Below are positions 37,401 through 52,115 of a DNA stretch of 64,000 nt, one piece after another. The stretch lies in NCBI RefSeq assembly GCF_009914755.1, contig NC_060948.1, one strand, 5' to 3'. Made by a program: the position numbers and the translations under genes. The DNA is from the human T2T-CHM13v2.0 reference genome, Homo sapiens. Each line of letters starts with the position of its first letter. Positions within the stretch are counted from its first letter, which is position 1. The notes below the pieces were generated by a model. That model did no database searches, was not told the DNA's origin, and saw nothing but the letters and a program-made list of their open reading frames with translations.

Positions 37401-40400
37401 AATGGACTCGACTGGTACGGACTCCAATGGAATGGAATCGAATGGAAGGGAATCGAACGGAATGGACTCGAAGGGAAAAGACTGCAATGGAAAGGTCTCG
37501 AATGGAATGGAAATTAATGGAATGGAATGGAATCGAATGAAATGGAGTCAAAAGGAATGGAATCGAATGGCAAGAAATCGAATGTAATGGAATCGCAAGG
37601 AATTGATGTGAACGGAACGGAATGGAATGGAATCCAAAGGAATGGAATAGAATGGAATGGAATCGAATGGAACGGACTCGAATGGAAATCACTCGAATAG
37701 AATGCAATTTAATAAAATAGGATCAAATGTAATGGAATGGAATGGAAAGGAATCGAAACGAAAGGAATGGAGACAGATGGAATGGAATGGAACAGAGAGC
37801 AATGGTATAGAATGGAATGGAATAATCTGGAATGGAATTGAATGGAATGGAATAATATGAAATGGAATGGAATGGAATGGAATGCCCTTGAATTAAATGG
37901 ACTGGAATGGAATGGACTCGAACAGAGTGGAATGGAAAGTGTTGAGATAGAATGGAATGGACTCCTTTGGAATGGTCTAGTATGCAATGCAATCGACTGG
38001 CAGGGAATCAAAAGGAATGTAATCGAATGGATTGGACTGGAATGCAATGGACTCGAATAGATTGGAAACGGAATGCAAAGGAATGGAATGGAATAGTATG
38101 GAATGGAATGGAAAGGAATGGAGTGGAATAGACTAGAGTGGAATGGAATGGACTGGAAAGCAATGGACTGGAATGGAACTTTCTTGAATGGACTGGAATC
38201 AAACGGAATGGAATGCAATGCAATCAAATGGCATGGAATAAAATAGAATGAAAGAGAATCAAATGGAATTGAATCGAATGGAATCGAATGGATTGGAAAG
38301 GAATAGAATGGAATGGAATGGAATTGACTCAAATGGAATGGACTAGAATGGAATGGATTCGAATGGAAGGCAAAGGAATGGAATCTATTGGAATGGACTG
38401 TAATGGAATGGAATGGAAGGGATTGGAATGGACTCGAATGGAATGGACTGCAATAGAAAGGATTCGAATGGAATGAAAAAGAATTGAATGGAATAGAACA
38501 GAATGGAATCAAATCGAATGAAATGGAATGGAATAGAAAGGAATGGAATGAAATGGAATGGAAAGGATTCGAATGGAATGCAATCGAATGGAATGCAATC
38601 GAACGGAATGGAATCGAACGGAATGGAATAAAATGGAAGAAAACTGGCAAGAAATGGAATCGAAATGAATGGAGTGTTATGGAACGGACTCAAAAGGAAT
38701 TGAATGTAATAGAATGGAGTGGAGTGGACTCGAATATAATGGACTGGAATGGAATGAAATCACATGGAATGGGAACGAATGGAATGGAATCGAAAGGAAT
38801 GGAATCGAATGGAAAGGAATCGAATGGAAGGGAATGAAATTGAATCAACAGGAATGGAAGGGTATAGAATAGACGGTAATGGAATGGACTCGAATAGAAT
38901 GGACACGAATGTTCAAATTGAATGGACTCGAATGGAATGGAAACGAAAGGAATGTCATCGAATGGAATTGAATCGATTGGAATGAAATCGCATAGAATGG
39001 AGTGGAATCAAATGGAATTGAATCGAAAGGAAAGGAAGCGAATGGACTGAAATGAAATGGAATGGAATTGAATGGAAAGTAATGCAATGGAATAGAATGG
39101 AACGAAATTTCACGGAATGGAATCAAACTGAATGGAATCAAATCAATGGAATCTGATCAAATGGAATGGAAAGGAATTGAATGGAGTAGATGGGATTGGA
39201 TGGGATTGGAATGAAATGTACTGGAAAAGACTCGAATTTTATGAAACGGAATGGAATGAATTGGAACGGAATGGACTCGAATGGAATGGAATGTCATGGA
39301 ATGGCATCAAATGGAATGGCATCAAATGGAATGGAATCGAATGCAATGGAATGCTATGGAATGGAATGGAATGCATTGGAATGGAATGTCCTCTAATGGA
39401 ATGGATTCGAGTGGAATGGAATCGAATATAATGGAGTCGAATGAAATGGAATTGAAAGGAATGGGATCGAATACAATGGAATATACTGGAATGTAACGTA
39501 ATGAACTCGAATGTAATTGACTGGAATGGAATGTACATGAATGGAATGTAATCGAATGGAAAGTAATCCAATGGAATAGAATCTAATGCAATAAAATCGA
39601 CTCAAATAGAATAGAATGTAATGGAATGGAGTGCAGTGCAATGGAATGGAATGGAATGGAATGCAATGCAATGGAATGTAATGGAATGGAATGGAATGGG
39701 ATGGAATGGTATGGAATGGAAAGTAATGGACTGGAGTGAAATGGACTGGAAAGGAATGGACTCAAATTGAAAGGGCTCGAAAGGAATGGAGTCAAATGGA
39801 ATGGTCTGGAATGGAATGAACACGAATGTAATGCAATCCAATAGAATGGAATCGAATGGCATGGAATATAAAGAAATGGAATCGAAGAGAATGGAAACAA
39901 ATGGAATGGAATTGAATGGAATGGAATTGAATGGAATGGGAAGGAATGGAGTGAAATTGTATGCAGTAGAAGAGAATAGAATGGAATGCAAGCGAAAGGA
40001 AAGGAATGGATTGCAATGGAATGGAATTCATTGGAATGGAAGGGAATGTAGTGTAATGGACAGGCCTGGAATAAAGTGGAATGCTACGGTCTCGAATGGA
40101 ATAAAAATGTATGGAATGGAATGCAATGAAACGGAATCGAATGTCATAGAATGTAATGGAATGCAAAAAAATGGAATCCAAAATCATTGACTGGAAAGGC
40201 TGTGTGTCGAAAGGAATTGACTCCAATGGAATGGAATCGAATGGAATGGAAGTGAATAGAATCGAACTAAATCGAATGGAATGGAATTGATAGGAACGGA
40301 ATGGAAAGGAATGCAATGATTTGGCATGGAATGGAATCGAATGGCATCGAATGGAATGGAATGGAATGCAATGGAATGGAATGTATTAGAATGTAATGAA

Positions 40401-43400
40401 CATTAATGGAATGTACTCGAATGGATTCGACTGGAATGGAATGTTCTAGAAGTGAATGGACTCCAATGGAATGGATTCGAAAGGAATGGAAACGAACGGA
40501 ATGGCATCTAATGGAATGGAATTAAATGGAAATGAATCAAATTGAATAGCACGGAATTGAATTGAATGGAATCGAATGCAATGGAATCTAATGAAACGGA
40601 AAGGAAAGGAATGGAATGGAATGGAATGGGCTGGAATGGAATGGAATCGAAACGAATGGAATGGAATCGAACTGAAGAGACTGGAATGGAATGCACTGGA
40701 ATGGAAGGGAGTGTAATGGAAGGTTCTCGAAAAAAATGGAATCGAATGGAATGGAATTGAATGGAACGGAATAGAGTCGAATGGAATTGAATGGAATGGA
40801 ATGGACTAGAGTGAAATGGAATCGAACCACAAGGAATGGACAGGAATAGAATGGTCTCGAATTGAAAGGAATCGTATGGAATGGCATCAAACGGAATGGA
40901 ATGGACAGCCACGGAATGGAATGCACTCGAATGCAATGGAGTCGAAACTAATGGACTGGAATAGAATGGACTCGACTGGTACGGACTCCAATGGAATGGA
41001 ATCGAATGGAAGGGAATCGAACGGAATGGACTCGAAGGGAAAAGACTGCAATGGAAAGGTCTCGAATGGAATGGAAATTAATGGAATGGAATGGAATCGA
41101 ATGAAATGGAGTCAAAAGGAATGGAATCGAATGGCAAGAAATCGAATGGAATGGAATCACAAGGAATTGATGTGAACGGATCGGAATGGAATGGAATCCA
41201 AAGGAATGGAATAGAATGGAATGGAATCGAATGGAAAGGACTCGAATGGAAATCACTCGAATAGAATGCAATTTAATAAAATAGGATCAAATGTAATGGA
41301 ATGGAATGGAAAGGAATCGAAACGAAAGGAATGGAGACAGATGGAATGGAATGGAACAGAGAGCAATGGTATAGAATGGAATGGAATCATCTGGAATGGA
41401 ATTGAATGGAATGGAATAATATGAAATGGAATGGAATGGAATGGAATGCCCTTGAATTAAATGGACTGGAATGGAATGGACTCGAACAGAGTGGAATGGA
41501 AAGTGTTGAAATAGAATGGAATGGACTCCTTTGGAATGGTCTAGTATGCAATGCAATCGACTGGCAGGGAATCAAAAGGAATGTAATCGAATGGATTGGA
41601 CTGGAATGCAAAGGAATGGAATGGAATAGTATGGAATGGAATGGAAAGGAATGGAGTGGAATAGACTAGAGTGGAATGGAATGGACTGGAAAGCAATGGA
41701 CTGGAATGGAACTTTCTTGAATGGACTGGAATCAAACGGAATGGAATGCAATGCAATCAAATGGCATGGAATAAAATAGAATGAAAGTGAATCAAATGGA
41801 ATTGAATCGAATGGAATCGAATGGATTGGAAAGGAATAGAATGGAATGGAATGGAATTGACTCAAATGGAATGGACTAGAATGGAATGGATTCGAATGGA
41901 AGGCAAAGGAATGGAATCTTTTGAAATGGACTGTAATGGAATGGAATGGAAGGGATTGGAATGGACTCGAATGGAATGGACTGCAATAGAAAGGATTCGA
42001 ATGGAATGAAAAAGAATTGAATGGAATAGAACAGAATGGAATCAAATCGAATGAAATGGAATGGAATAGAAAGGAATGGAATGAAATGGAATGGAAAGGA
42101 TTCGAATGGAATGCAATCGAATGGAATGGAATCGAACGGAATGGAATAAAATGGAAGAAAACTGGCAAGAAATGGAATCGAAATGAATGGAGTGTTATGG
42201 AACGGACTCAAAAGGAATTGAATGTAATAGAATGGAGTGGAGTGGACTCGAATATAATGGACTGGAATGGAATGAAATCACATGGAATGGGAACGAATGG
42301 AACGGAATGGAAAGGAATGGAATCGAATGGAAAGGAATCGAATGGAAGGGAATGAAATTGAATCAACAGGAATGGAAGGGTATAGAATAGACGGTAATGG
42401 AATGGACTCGAATAGAATGGACACGAATGTTCAAATTGAATGGACTCGAATGGAATGGAAACAAAAGGAATGTCATCGAATGGAATTGAATCGATTGGAA
42501 TGAAATCGCATAGAATGGAGTGGAATCAAATGGAATTGAATCGAAAGGAAAGGAAGCGAATGGACTGAAATGAAATGGAATGGAATTGAATGGAAAGTAA
42601 TGCAATGGAATAGAATGGAACGAAATTTCACGGAATGGAATCAAACTGAATGGAATCAAATCAATGGAATCTAATCAAATGGAATGGAAAGGAATTGAAT
42701 GGAGTAGATGGGATTGGATGGGATTGGAATGAAATGTACTGGAAAAGACTCGAATTTTATGAAACGGAATGGAATGAATTGGAACGGAATGGACTCGAAT
42801 GGAATGGAATGTCATGGAATGGCATCAAATGGAATGGCATCAAATGGAATGGAATCGAATGCAATGGAATGCTATGGAATGGAATGGAATGCATTGGAAT
42901 GGAATGTCCTCTAATGGAATGGATTCGAGTGGAATGGAATCGAATATAATGGAGTCGAATGAAATGGAATTGAAAGGAATGGGATCGAATACAATGGAAT
43001 ATACTGGAATGTAACGTAATGAACTCGAATGTAATTGACTGGAATGGAATGTACATGAATGGAATGTAATCGAATGGAAAGTAATCTAATGGAATAGAAT
43101 CTAATGCAATAAAATCGACTCAAATAGAATAGAATGTAATGGAATGGAGTGCAGTGCAATGGAATGGAATGGAATGGAATGCAATGGAATGGAATGTAAT
43201 GGAATGGAATGGAATGGGATGGAATGGTATGGAATGGATAGTAATGGACTGGAGTGAAATGGACTGGAAAGGAATGGACTCAAATTGAAAGGGCTCGAAA
43301 GGAATGGAGTCAAATGGAATGGTCTGGAATGGAATGAACACGAATGTAATGCAATCCAATAGAATGGAATCGAATGGCATGGAATATAAAGAAATGGAAT

Positions 43401-46400
43401 CGAAGAGAATGGAAACAAATGGAATGGAATTGAATGGAATGGAATTGAATGGAATGGGAAGGAATGGAGTGAAATTGTATGCAGTAGAAGAGAATAGAAT
43501 GGAATGCAAGCGAAAGGAAAGGAATGGATTGCAATGGAATGGAATTCATTGGAATGGAAGGGAATGTAGTGTAATGGACAGGCCTGGAATAAAGTGGAAT
43601 GCTACGGTCTCGAATGGAATAAAAATGTATGGAACGGAATGCAATGAAACGGAATCGAATGTCATAGAATGTAATGGAATGCAAAAAAATGGAATCCAAA
43701 ATCATTGACTGGAAAGGCTGTGTGTCGAAAGGAATTGACTCCAATGGAATGGAATCGAATGGAATGGAAGTGAATAGAATCGAACTAAATCGAATGCAAT
43801 GGAATTGATAGGAACGGAATGGAAAGGAATGCAATGATTTGGCATGGAATGGAATCGAATGGCATCGAACGGAATGGAATGGAATGCAATGGAATGGAAT
43901 GTATTAGAATGTAATGAACATTAATGGAATGTACTCGAATGGATTCGACTGGAATGGAATGTTCTAGAAGTGAATGGACTCCAATGGAATGGATTCGAAA
44001 GGAATGGAATCGAACGGAATGGCATCTAATGGAATGGAATTAAATGGAAATGAATCAAATTGAATAGCACGGAATTGAATTGAATGGAATCGAATGCAAT
44101 GGAATCTAATGAAACGGAAAGGAAAGAAATGGAATGGAATGGAATGGGCTGGAATGGAATGGAATCGAAACGAATGGAATGGAATCGAACTGAAGAGACT
44201 GGAATGGAATGCACTGGAATGGAAGGGAGTGTAATGGAAGGTTCTCGAAAAAAATGGAATCGAATGGAATGGAATTGAATGGAACGGAATAGAGTCGAAT
44301 GGAATTGAATGGAATGGAATGGACTAGAGTGAAATGGAATCGAACCACAAGGAATGGACAGGAATAGAATGGTCTCGAATTGAAAGGAATCGTATGGAAT
44401 GGCATCAAACGGAATGGAATGGACAGCCACGGAATGGAATGCACTCGAATGCAATGGAGTCGAAACTAATGGACTGGAATAGAATGGACTCGACTGGTAC
44501 GGACTCCAATGGAATGGAATCGAATGGAAGGGAATCGAACGGAATGGACTCGAAGGGAAAAGACTGCAATGGAAAGGTCTCGAATGGAATGGAAATTAAT
44601 GGAATGGAATGGAATCGAATGAAATGGAGTCAAAAGGAATGGAATCGAATGGCAAGAAATCGAATGTAATGGAATCGCAAGGAATTGATGTGAACGGAAC
44701 GGAATGGAATGGAATCCAAAGGAATGGAATAGAATGGAATGGAATCGAATGGAAAGGACTCGAATGGAAATCACTCGAATAGAATGCAATTTAATAAAAT
44801 AGGATCAAATGTAATGGAATGGAATGGAAAGGAATCGAAATGAAAGGAATGCAGACAGATGGAATGGAATGGAACAGAGAGCAATGGTATAGAATGGAAT
44901 GGAATCATCTGGAATGGAATTGAATGGAATGGAATAATATGAAATGGAATGGAATGGAATGGAATGCCCTTGAATTAAATGGACTGGAATGGAATGGACT
45001 CGAACAGAGTGGAATGGAAAGTGTTGAAATAGAATGGAATGGACTCCTTTGGAATGGTCTAGTATGCAATGCAATCGACTGGCAGGGAATCAAAAGGAAT
45101 GTAATCGAATGGATTGGACTGGAATGCAATGGACTCGAATAGATTGGAAACGGAATGCAAAGGAATGGAATGGAATAGTATGGAATGGAATGGAAAGGAA
45201 TGGAGTGGAATAGACTAGAGTGGAATGGAATGGACTGGAAAGCAATGGACTGGAATGGAACATTCTTGAATGGACTGGAATCAAACGGAATGGAATGCAA
45301 TGCAATCAAATGGCATGGAATAAAATAGAATGAAAGAGAATCAAATGGAATTGAATCGAATGGATTGGAAAGGAATAGAATGGAATGGAATGGAATTGAC
45401 TCAAATGGAATGGACTAGAATGGAATGGATTCGAATGGAAGGCAAAGGAATGGAATCTATTGGAATGGACTGTAATGGAATGGAATGGAAGGGATTGGAA
45501 TGGACTCGAATGGAATGGACTGCAATAGAAAGGATTCGAATGGAATGAAAAAGAATTGAATGGAATAGAACAGAATGGAATCAAATCGAATGAAATGGAA
45601 TGGAATAGAAAGGAATGGAATGAAATGGAATGGAAAGGATTCGAATGGAATGCAATCGAATGGAATGGAATCGAACGGAATGGAATAAAATGGAAGAAAA
45701 CTGGCAAGAAATGGAATCGAAATGAATGGAGTGTTATGGAACGGACTCAAAAGGAATTGAATGTAATAGAATGGAGTGGAGTGGACTCGAATAAAATGGA
45801 CTGGAATGGAATGAAATCACATGGAATGGGAACGAATGGAATGGAATGGAAAGGAATGGAATCGAATGGAAAGGAATCGAATGGAAGGGAATGAAATTGA
45901 ATCAACAGGAATGGAAGGGAATAGAATAGACGGTAATGGAATGGACTCGAATAGAATGGACACGAATGCTCAAATTGAATGGACTCGAATGGAATGGAAA
46001 CGAAAGGAATGTCATCGAATGGAATTGAATCGATTGGAATGAAATCGCGTAGAATGGAGTGGAATCAAATGGAATTGAATCGAAAGGAAAGGAAGCGAAT
46101 GGACTGAAATGAAATGGAATGGAATTGTATGGAAAGTAATGCAATGGAATAGAATGGAACGAAATTTCACGGAATGGAATCAAACTGAATGGAATCAAAT
46201 CAATGGAATCTAATCAAATGGAATGGAAAGGAATTGAATGGAGTAGATGGGATTGGATGGGATTGGAATGAAATGTACTGGAAAAGACTCGAATTTTATG
46301 AAACGGAATGGAATGAATTAGAACGGAATGGACTCGAATGGAATGGAATGTCATGGAATGGCATCAAATGGAATGGCATCAAATGGAATGGAATCGAATG

Positions 46401-49400
46401 CAATGGAATGCTATGGAATGGAATGGAATGCATTGGAATGGAATGTCCTCTAATGGAATGGATTCGAGTGGAATGGAATCGAATATAATGGAGTCGAATG
46501 AAATGGAATTGAAAGGAATGGGATCGAATACAATGGAATATACTGGAATGTAACGTAATGAACTCGAATGTAATTGACTGGAATGGAATGTACATGAATG
46601 GAATGTAATCGAATGGAAAGTAATCCAATGGAATAGAATCTAATGCAATAAAATCGACTCAAAATAATAGAATGTAATGGAATGGAGTGCAGTGCAATGG
46701 AATGGAATGGAATGGAATGCAATGGAATGGAATGTAAGGGAATGGAATGGAATGGGACGGAATGGTATGGAATGGATAGTAATGGACTGGAGTGAAATGG
46801 ACTGGAAAGGAATGGACTCAAATTGAAAGGGCTCGAAAGGAATGGAGTCAAATGGAATGGTCTGGAATGGAATGAACACGAATGTAATGCAATCCAATAG
46901 AATGGAATCGAATGGCATGGAATATAAAGAAATGGAATCGAAGAGAATGGAAACAAATGGAATGGAATTGAATGGAATGGAATTGAATGGATTGGGAAGG
47001 AATGGAGTGAAATTGTATGCAGTAGAAGAGAATAGAATGGAATGCAAGCGAAAGGAAAGGAATGGATTGCAATGGAATGGAATTCATTGGAATGGAAGGG
47101 AATGTAGTGTAATGGACAGGCCTGGAATAAAGTGGAATGCTACGGTCTCGAATGGAATAAAAATGTATGGAATGGAATGCAATGAAACGGAATCGAATGT
47201 CATAGAATGTAATGGAATGCAAAAAAATGGAATCCAAAATCATTGACTGGAAAGGCTGTGTGTCGAAAGGAATTGACTCCAATGGAATGGAATCGAATGG
47301 AATGGAAGTGAATAGAATCGAACTAAATCGAATGGAATGGAATTGATAGGAACGGAATGGAAAGGAATGCAATGATTTGGCATGGAATGGAATCGAATGG
47401 CATCGAATGGAATGGAATGGAATGCAATGGAATGGAATGTATTAGAATGTAATGAACATTAATGGAATGTACTCGAATGGATTCGACTGGAATGGAATGT
47501 TCTAGAAGTGAATGGACTCCAATGGAATGGATTCGAAAGGAATGGAAACGAACGGAATGGCATCTAATGGAATGGAATTAAATGGAAATGAATCAAATTG
47601 AATAGCACGGAATTGAATTGAATGGAATCGAATGCAATGGAATCTAATGAAACGGAAAGGAAAGGAATGGAATGGAATGGAATGGGCTGGAATGGAATGG
47701 AATCGAAAGGAATGGAATGGAATCGAACTGAAGAGACTGGAATGGAATGCACTGGAATGGAAGGGTGTGTAATGGAAGGTTCTCGAAAAAAATGGAATCG
47801 AATGGAATGGAATTGAATGGAACGGAATAGAGTCGAATGGAATTGAATGGAATGGAATGGACTAGAGTGAAATGGAATCGAACCACAAGGAATGGACAGG
47901 AATAGAATGGTCTCGAATTGAAAGGAATCGTATGGAATGGCATCAAACGGAATGGAATGGACAGCCACGGAATGGAATGCACTCGAATGCAATGGAGTCG
48001 AAACTAATGGACTGGAATAGAATGGACTCGACTGGTACGGACTCCAATGGAATGGAATCGAATGGAAGGGAATCGAACGGAATGGACTCGAAGGGAAAAG
48101 TCTGCAATGGAAAGGTCTCGAATGGAATGGAAATTAATGGAATGGAATGGAATCGAATGAAATGGAGTCAAACGGAATGGAATCGAATGGCAAGAAATCG
48201 AATGGAATGGAATCACAAGGAATTGATGTGAACGGAACGGAATGGAATGGAATCCAAAGGAATGGAATAGAATGGAATGGAATCGAATGGAAAGGACTCG
48301 AATGGAAATCACTCAAATAGAATGCAATTTAATAAAATAGGATCAAATGTAATGGAATGGAATGGAAAGGAATCGAAATGAAAGGAATGCAGACAGATGG
48401 AATGGAATGGAACAGAGAGCAATGGTATAGAATGGAATGGAATCATCTGGAATGGAATTGAATGGAATGGAATAATATGAAATGGAATGGAATGGAATGG
48501 AATGCCCTTGAATTAAATGGACTGGAATGGAATGGACTCGAACAGAGTGGAATGGAAAGTGTTGAAATAGAATGGAATGGACTCCTTTGGAATGGTCTAG
48601 TATGCAATGCAATCGACTGGCAGGGAATCAAAAGGAATGTAATCGAATGGATTGGACTGGAATGCAATGGACTCGAATAGATTGGAAACGGAATGCAAAG
48701 GAATGGAATGGAATAGTATGGAATGGAATGGAAAGGAATGGAGTGGAATAGACTAGAGTGGAATGTAATGGACTGGAAAGCAATGGACTGGAATGGAACT
48801 TTCTTGAATGGACTGGAATCAAACGGAATGGAATGCAATGCAATCAAATGGCATGGAATAAAATAGAATGAAAGAGAATCAAATGGAATTGAATCGAATG
48901 GATTGGAAAGGAATAGAATGGAATGGAATGGAATTGACTCAAATGGAATGGACTAGAATGGAATGGATTCGAATGGAAGGCAAAGGAATGGAATCTATTG
49001 GAATGGACTGTAATGGAATGGAATGGAAGGGATTGGAATGGACTCGAATGGAATGGACTGCAATAGAAAGGATTCGAATGGAATGAAAAAGAATTGAATG
49101 GAATAGAACAGAATGGAATCAAATCGAATGAAATGGAATGGAATAGAAAGGAATGGAATGAAATGGAATGGAAAGGATTCGAATGGAATGCAATCGAATG
49201 GAATGGAATCGAACGGAATGGAATAAAATGGAAGAAAACTGGCAAGAAATGGAATCGAAATGAATGGAGTGTTATGGAACGGACTCAAAAGGAATTGAAT
49301 GTAATAGAATGGAGTGGAGTGGACTCGAATATAATGGACTGGAATGGAATGAAATCACATGGAATGGGAACGAATGGAATGGAATGGAAAGGAATGGAAT

Positions 49401-52115
49401 CGAATGGAAAGGAATCGAATGGAAGGGAATGAAATTGAATCAACAGGAATGGAAGGGAATAGAATAGACGGTAATGGAATGGACTCGAATAGAATGGACA
49501 CGAATGCTCAAATTGAATGGACTCGAATGGAATGGAAACGAAAGGAATGTCATCGAATGGAATTGAATCGATTGGAATGAAATCGCATAGAATGGAGTGG
49601 AATCCAATGGAATTGAATCGAAAGGAAAGGAAGCGAATGGACTGAAATGAAATGGAATGGAATTGAATGGAAAGTAATGCAATGGAATAGAATGGAACGA
49701 AATTTCACGGAATGGAATCAAACTGAATGGAATCAAATCAATGGAATCTAATCAAATGGAATGGAAAGGAATTGAATGGAGTAGATGGGATTGGATGGGA
49801 TTGGAATGAAATGTACAGGAAGAGACTCGAATTTTATGAATCGGAATGGAATGAATTGGAACGGAATGGACTCGAATGGAATGGAATGTCATGGAATGGC
49901 ATCAAATGGAATGGTATCAAATGGAATGGAATCGAATGCAATGGAATGCTATGGAATGGAATGGAATGCATTGGAATGGAATGTCCTCTAATGGAATGGA
50001 TTCGAGTGGAATGGAATCGAATATAATGGAGTCGAATGAAATGGAATTGAAAGGAATGGGATCGAATACAATGGAATATACTGGTATGTAACGTAATGTA
50101 CTCGAATGTAATTGACTGGAATGGAATGTACATGAATGGAATGTAATCGAATGGAAAGTAATCCAATGGAATAGAATCTAATGCAATAAAATCGACTGAA
50201 ATAGAATAGAATGTAATGGAATGGAGTGCAGTGCAATGGAATGGAATGGAATGCAATGCAATGGAATGGAATGTAATGGAATGGAATGGAATGGGATGGA
50301 ATGGTAAGGAATGGATAGTAATGGACTGGAGTGAAATGGACTGGAAAGGAATGGACTCAAATTGAAAGGGCTCGAAAGGAACGGAGTCAAATGGAATGGT
50401 CTGGAATGGAATGAACACGAATGTAATGCAATCCAATAGAATGGAATCGAATGGCATGGAATATAAAGAAATGGAATCGAAGAGAATGGAAACAAATGGA
50501 ATGGAATTGAATGGAATGGAATTGAATGGAATGGGAAGGAATGGAGTGAAATTGTATGCAGTAGAAGAGAATAGAAAGGAATGCAAGCGAAAGGAAAGGA
50601 ATGGATTGCAATGGAATGGAATTCATTGGAATGGAAGGGAATGTAGTGTAATGGACAGGCCTGGAATAAAGTGGAATGCTACGGTCTCGAATGGAATAAA
50701 AATGTATGGAATGGAATGCAATGAAACGGAATCGAATGTCATAGAATGTAATGGAATGCAAAAAAATGGAATCCAAAATCATTGACTGGAAAGGCTGTGT
50801 GTCGAAAGGAATTGAATCCAATGGAATGGAATCGAATGGAATGGAAGTGAATAGAATCGAACTAAATCGAATGGAATGGAATTGATAGGAACGGAATGGA
50901 AAGGAATGCAATGATTTGGCATGGAATGGAATCGAATGGCATCGAATGGAATGGAATGGAATGCAATGGAATGGAATGTATTAGAATGTAATGAACATTA
51001 ATGGAATGTACTCGAATGGATTCGACTGGAATGGAATGTTCTCGATGTGAATGGACTCCAATGGAATGGATTCGAAAGGAATGGAATCGAACGGAATGGC
51101 ATCTAATGGAATGGAATTAAATGGAAATGAATCAAATTGAATAGCACGGAATTGAATTGAATGGAATCGAATGCAATGGAATCTAATGAAACGGAAAGGA
51201 AAGGAATGGAATGGAATGGAATGGGCTGGAATGGAATGGAATCGAAACGAATGGAATGGAATCGAACTGAAGAGACTGGAATGGAATGCACTGGAATGGA
51301 AGGGAGTGTAATAGAAGGTTCTCGAAAAAATTGGAATCGAATGGAATGGAATTGAATGGAACGGAATAGAGTCGAATGGAATTGAATGGAATGGAATGGA
51401 CTAGAGTGAAATGGAATCGAACCACAAGGAATGGACAGGAATAGAATGGTCTCGAATTGAAAGGAATCGTATGGAATGGCATCAAACGGAATGGAATGGA
51501 CAGCCACGGAATGGAATGCACTCGAATGCAATGGAGTCGAAACTAATGGACTGGAATAGAATGGACTCGACTGGTACGGACTCCAATGGAATGGAATCGA
51601 ATGGAAGGGAATTGAACGGAATGGACTCGAAGGGAAAAGACTGCAATGGAAAGATCTCGAATGGAATGGAAATTAATGGAATGGAATGGAATCGAATGAA
51701 ATGGAGTCAAAAGGAATGGAATCGAATGGCAAGAAATCGAATGTAATGGAATCACAAGGAATTGATGTGAAGGGAACGGAATGGAATGGAATCCAAAGGA
51801 ATGGAATAGAATGGAATGGAATCGAATGGAAAGCACTCGAATGGAAATCACTCGAATAGAATTCATTTTAATAAAATAGGATCAAATGTAATGGAATGGA
51901 ATGGAAAGGAATCGAAACGAAATTAATGGAGACAGATGGAATGGAATGGAACAGAGAGCAATGGTATAGAATGGAATGGAATCATCTGGAATGGAATTGA
52001 ATGGAATGGAATAATGTGAAATGGAATGGAATGGAATGGAATGCCCTTGAATTAAATGGACTGGAATGGAATGGACTCGAACAGAGTGGAATGGAAAGTG
52101 TTGAAATAGAATGGA
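34418..52115 (+). repeat. Five full DYZ1 units (3539, 3564, 3518, 3538, 3539 bp)
   Basis: Landmark positions 34418, 37957, 41521, 45039, 48577, 52116. For the last four units the lengths equal a 3549-bp base with visible indels of +15, -31, -10/-1 and -10. Confidence 0.9.
34636..34650. promoter_or_regulatory. Consensus heat-shock element (representative copy)
   Basis: gGAActTTCttGAAt; also at 31194 (gGAActTTCtgGAAt) and in every complete 1142-bp sub-unit. Motif match only. Confidence 0.45.
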
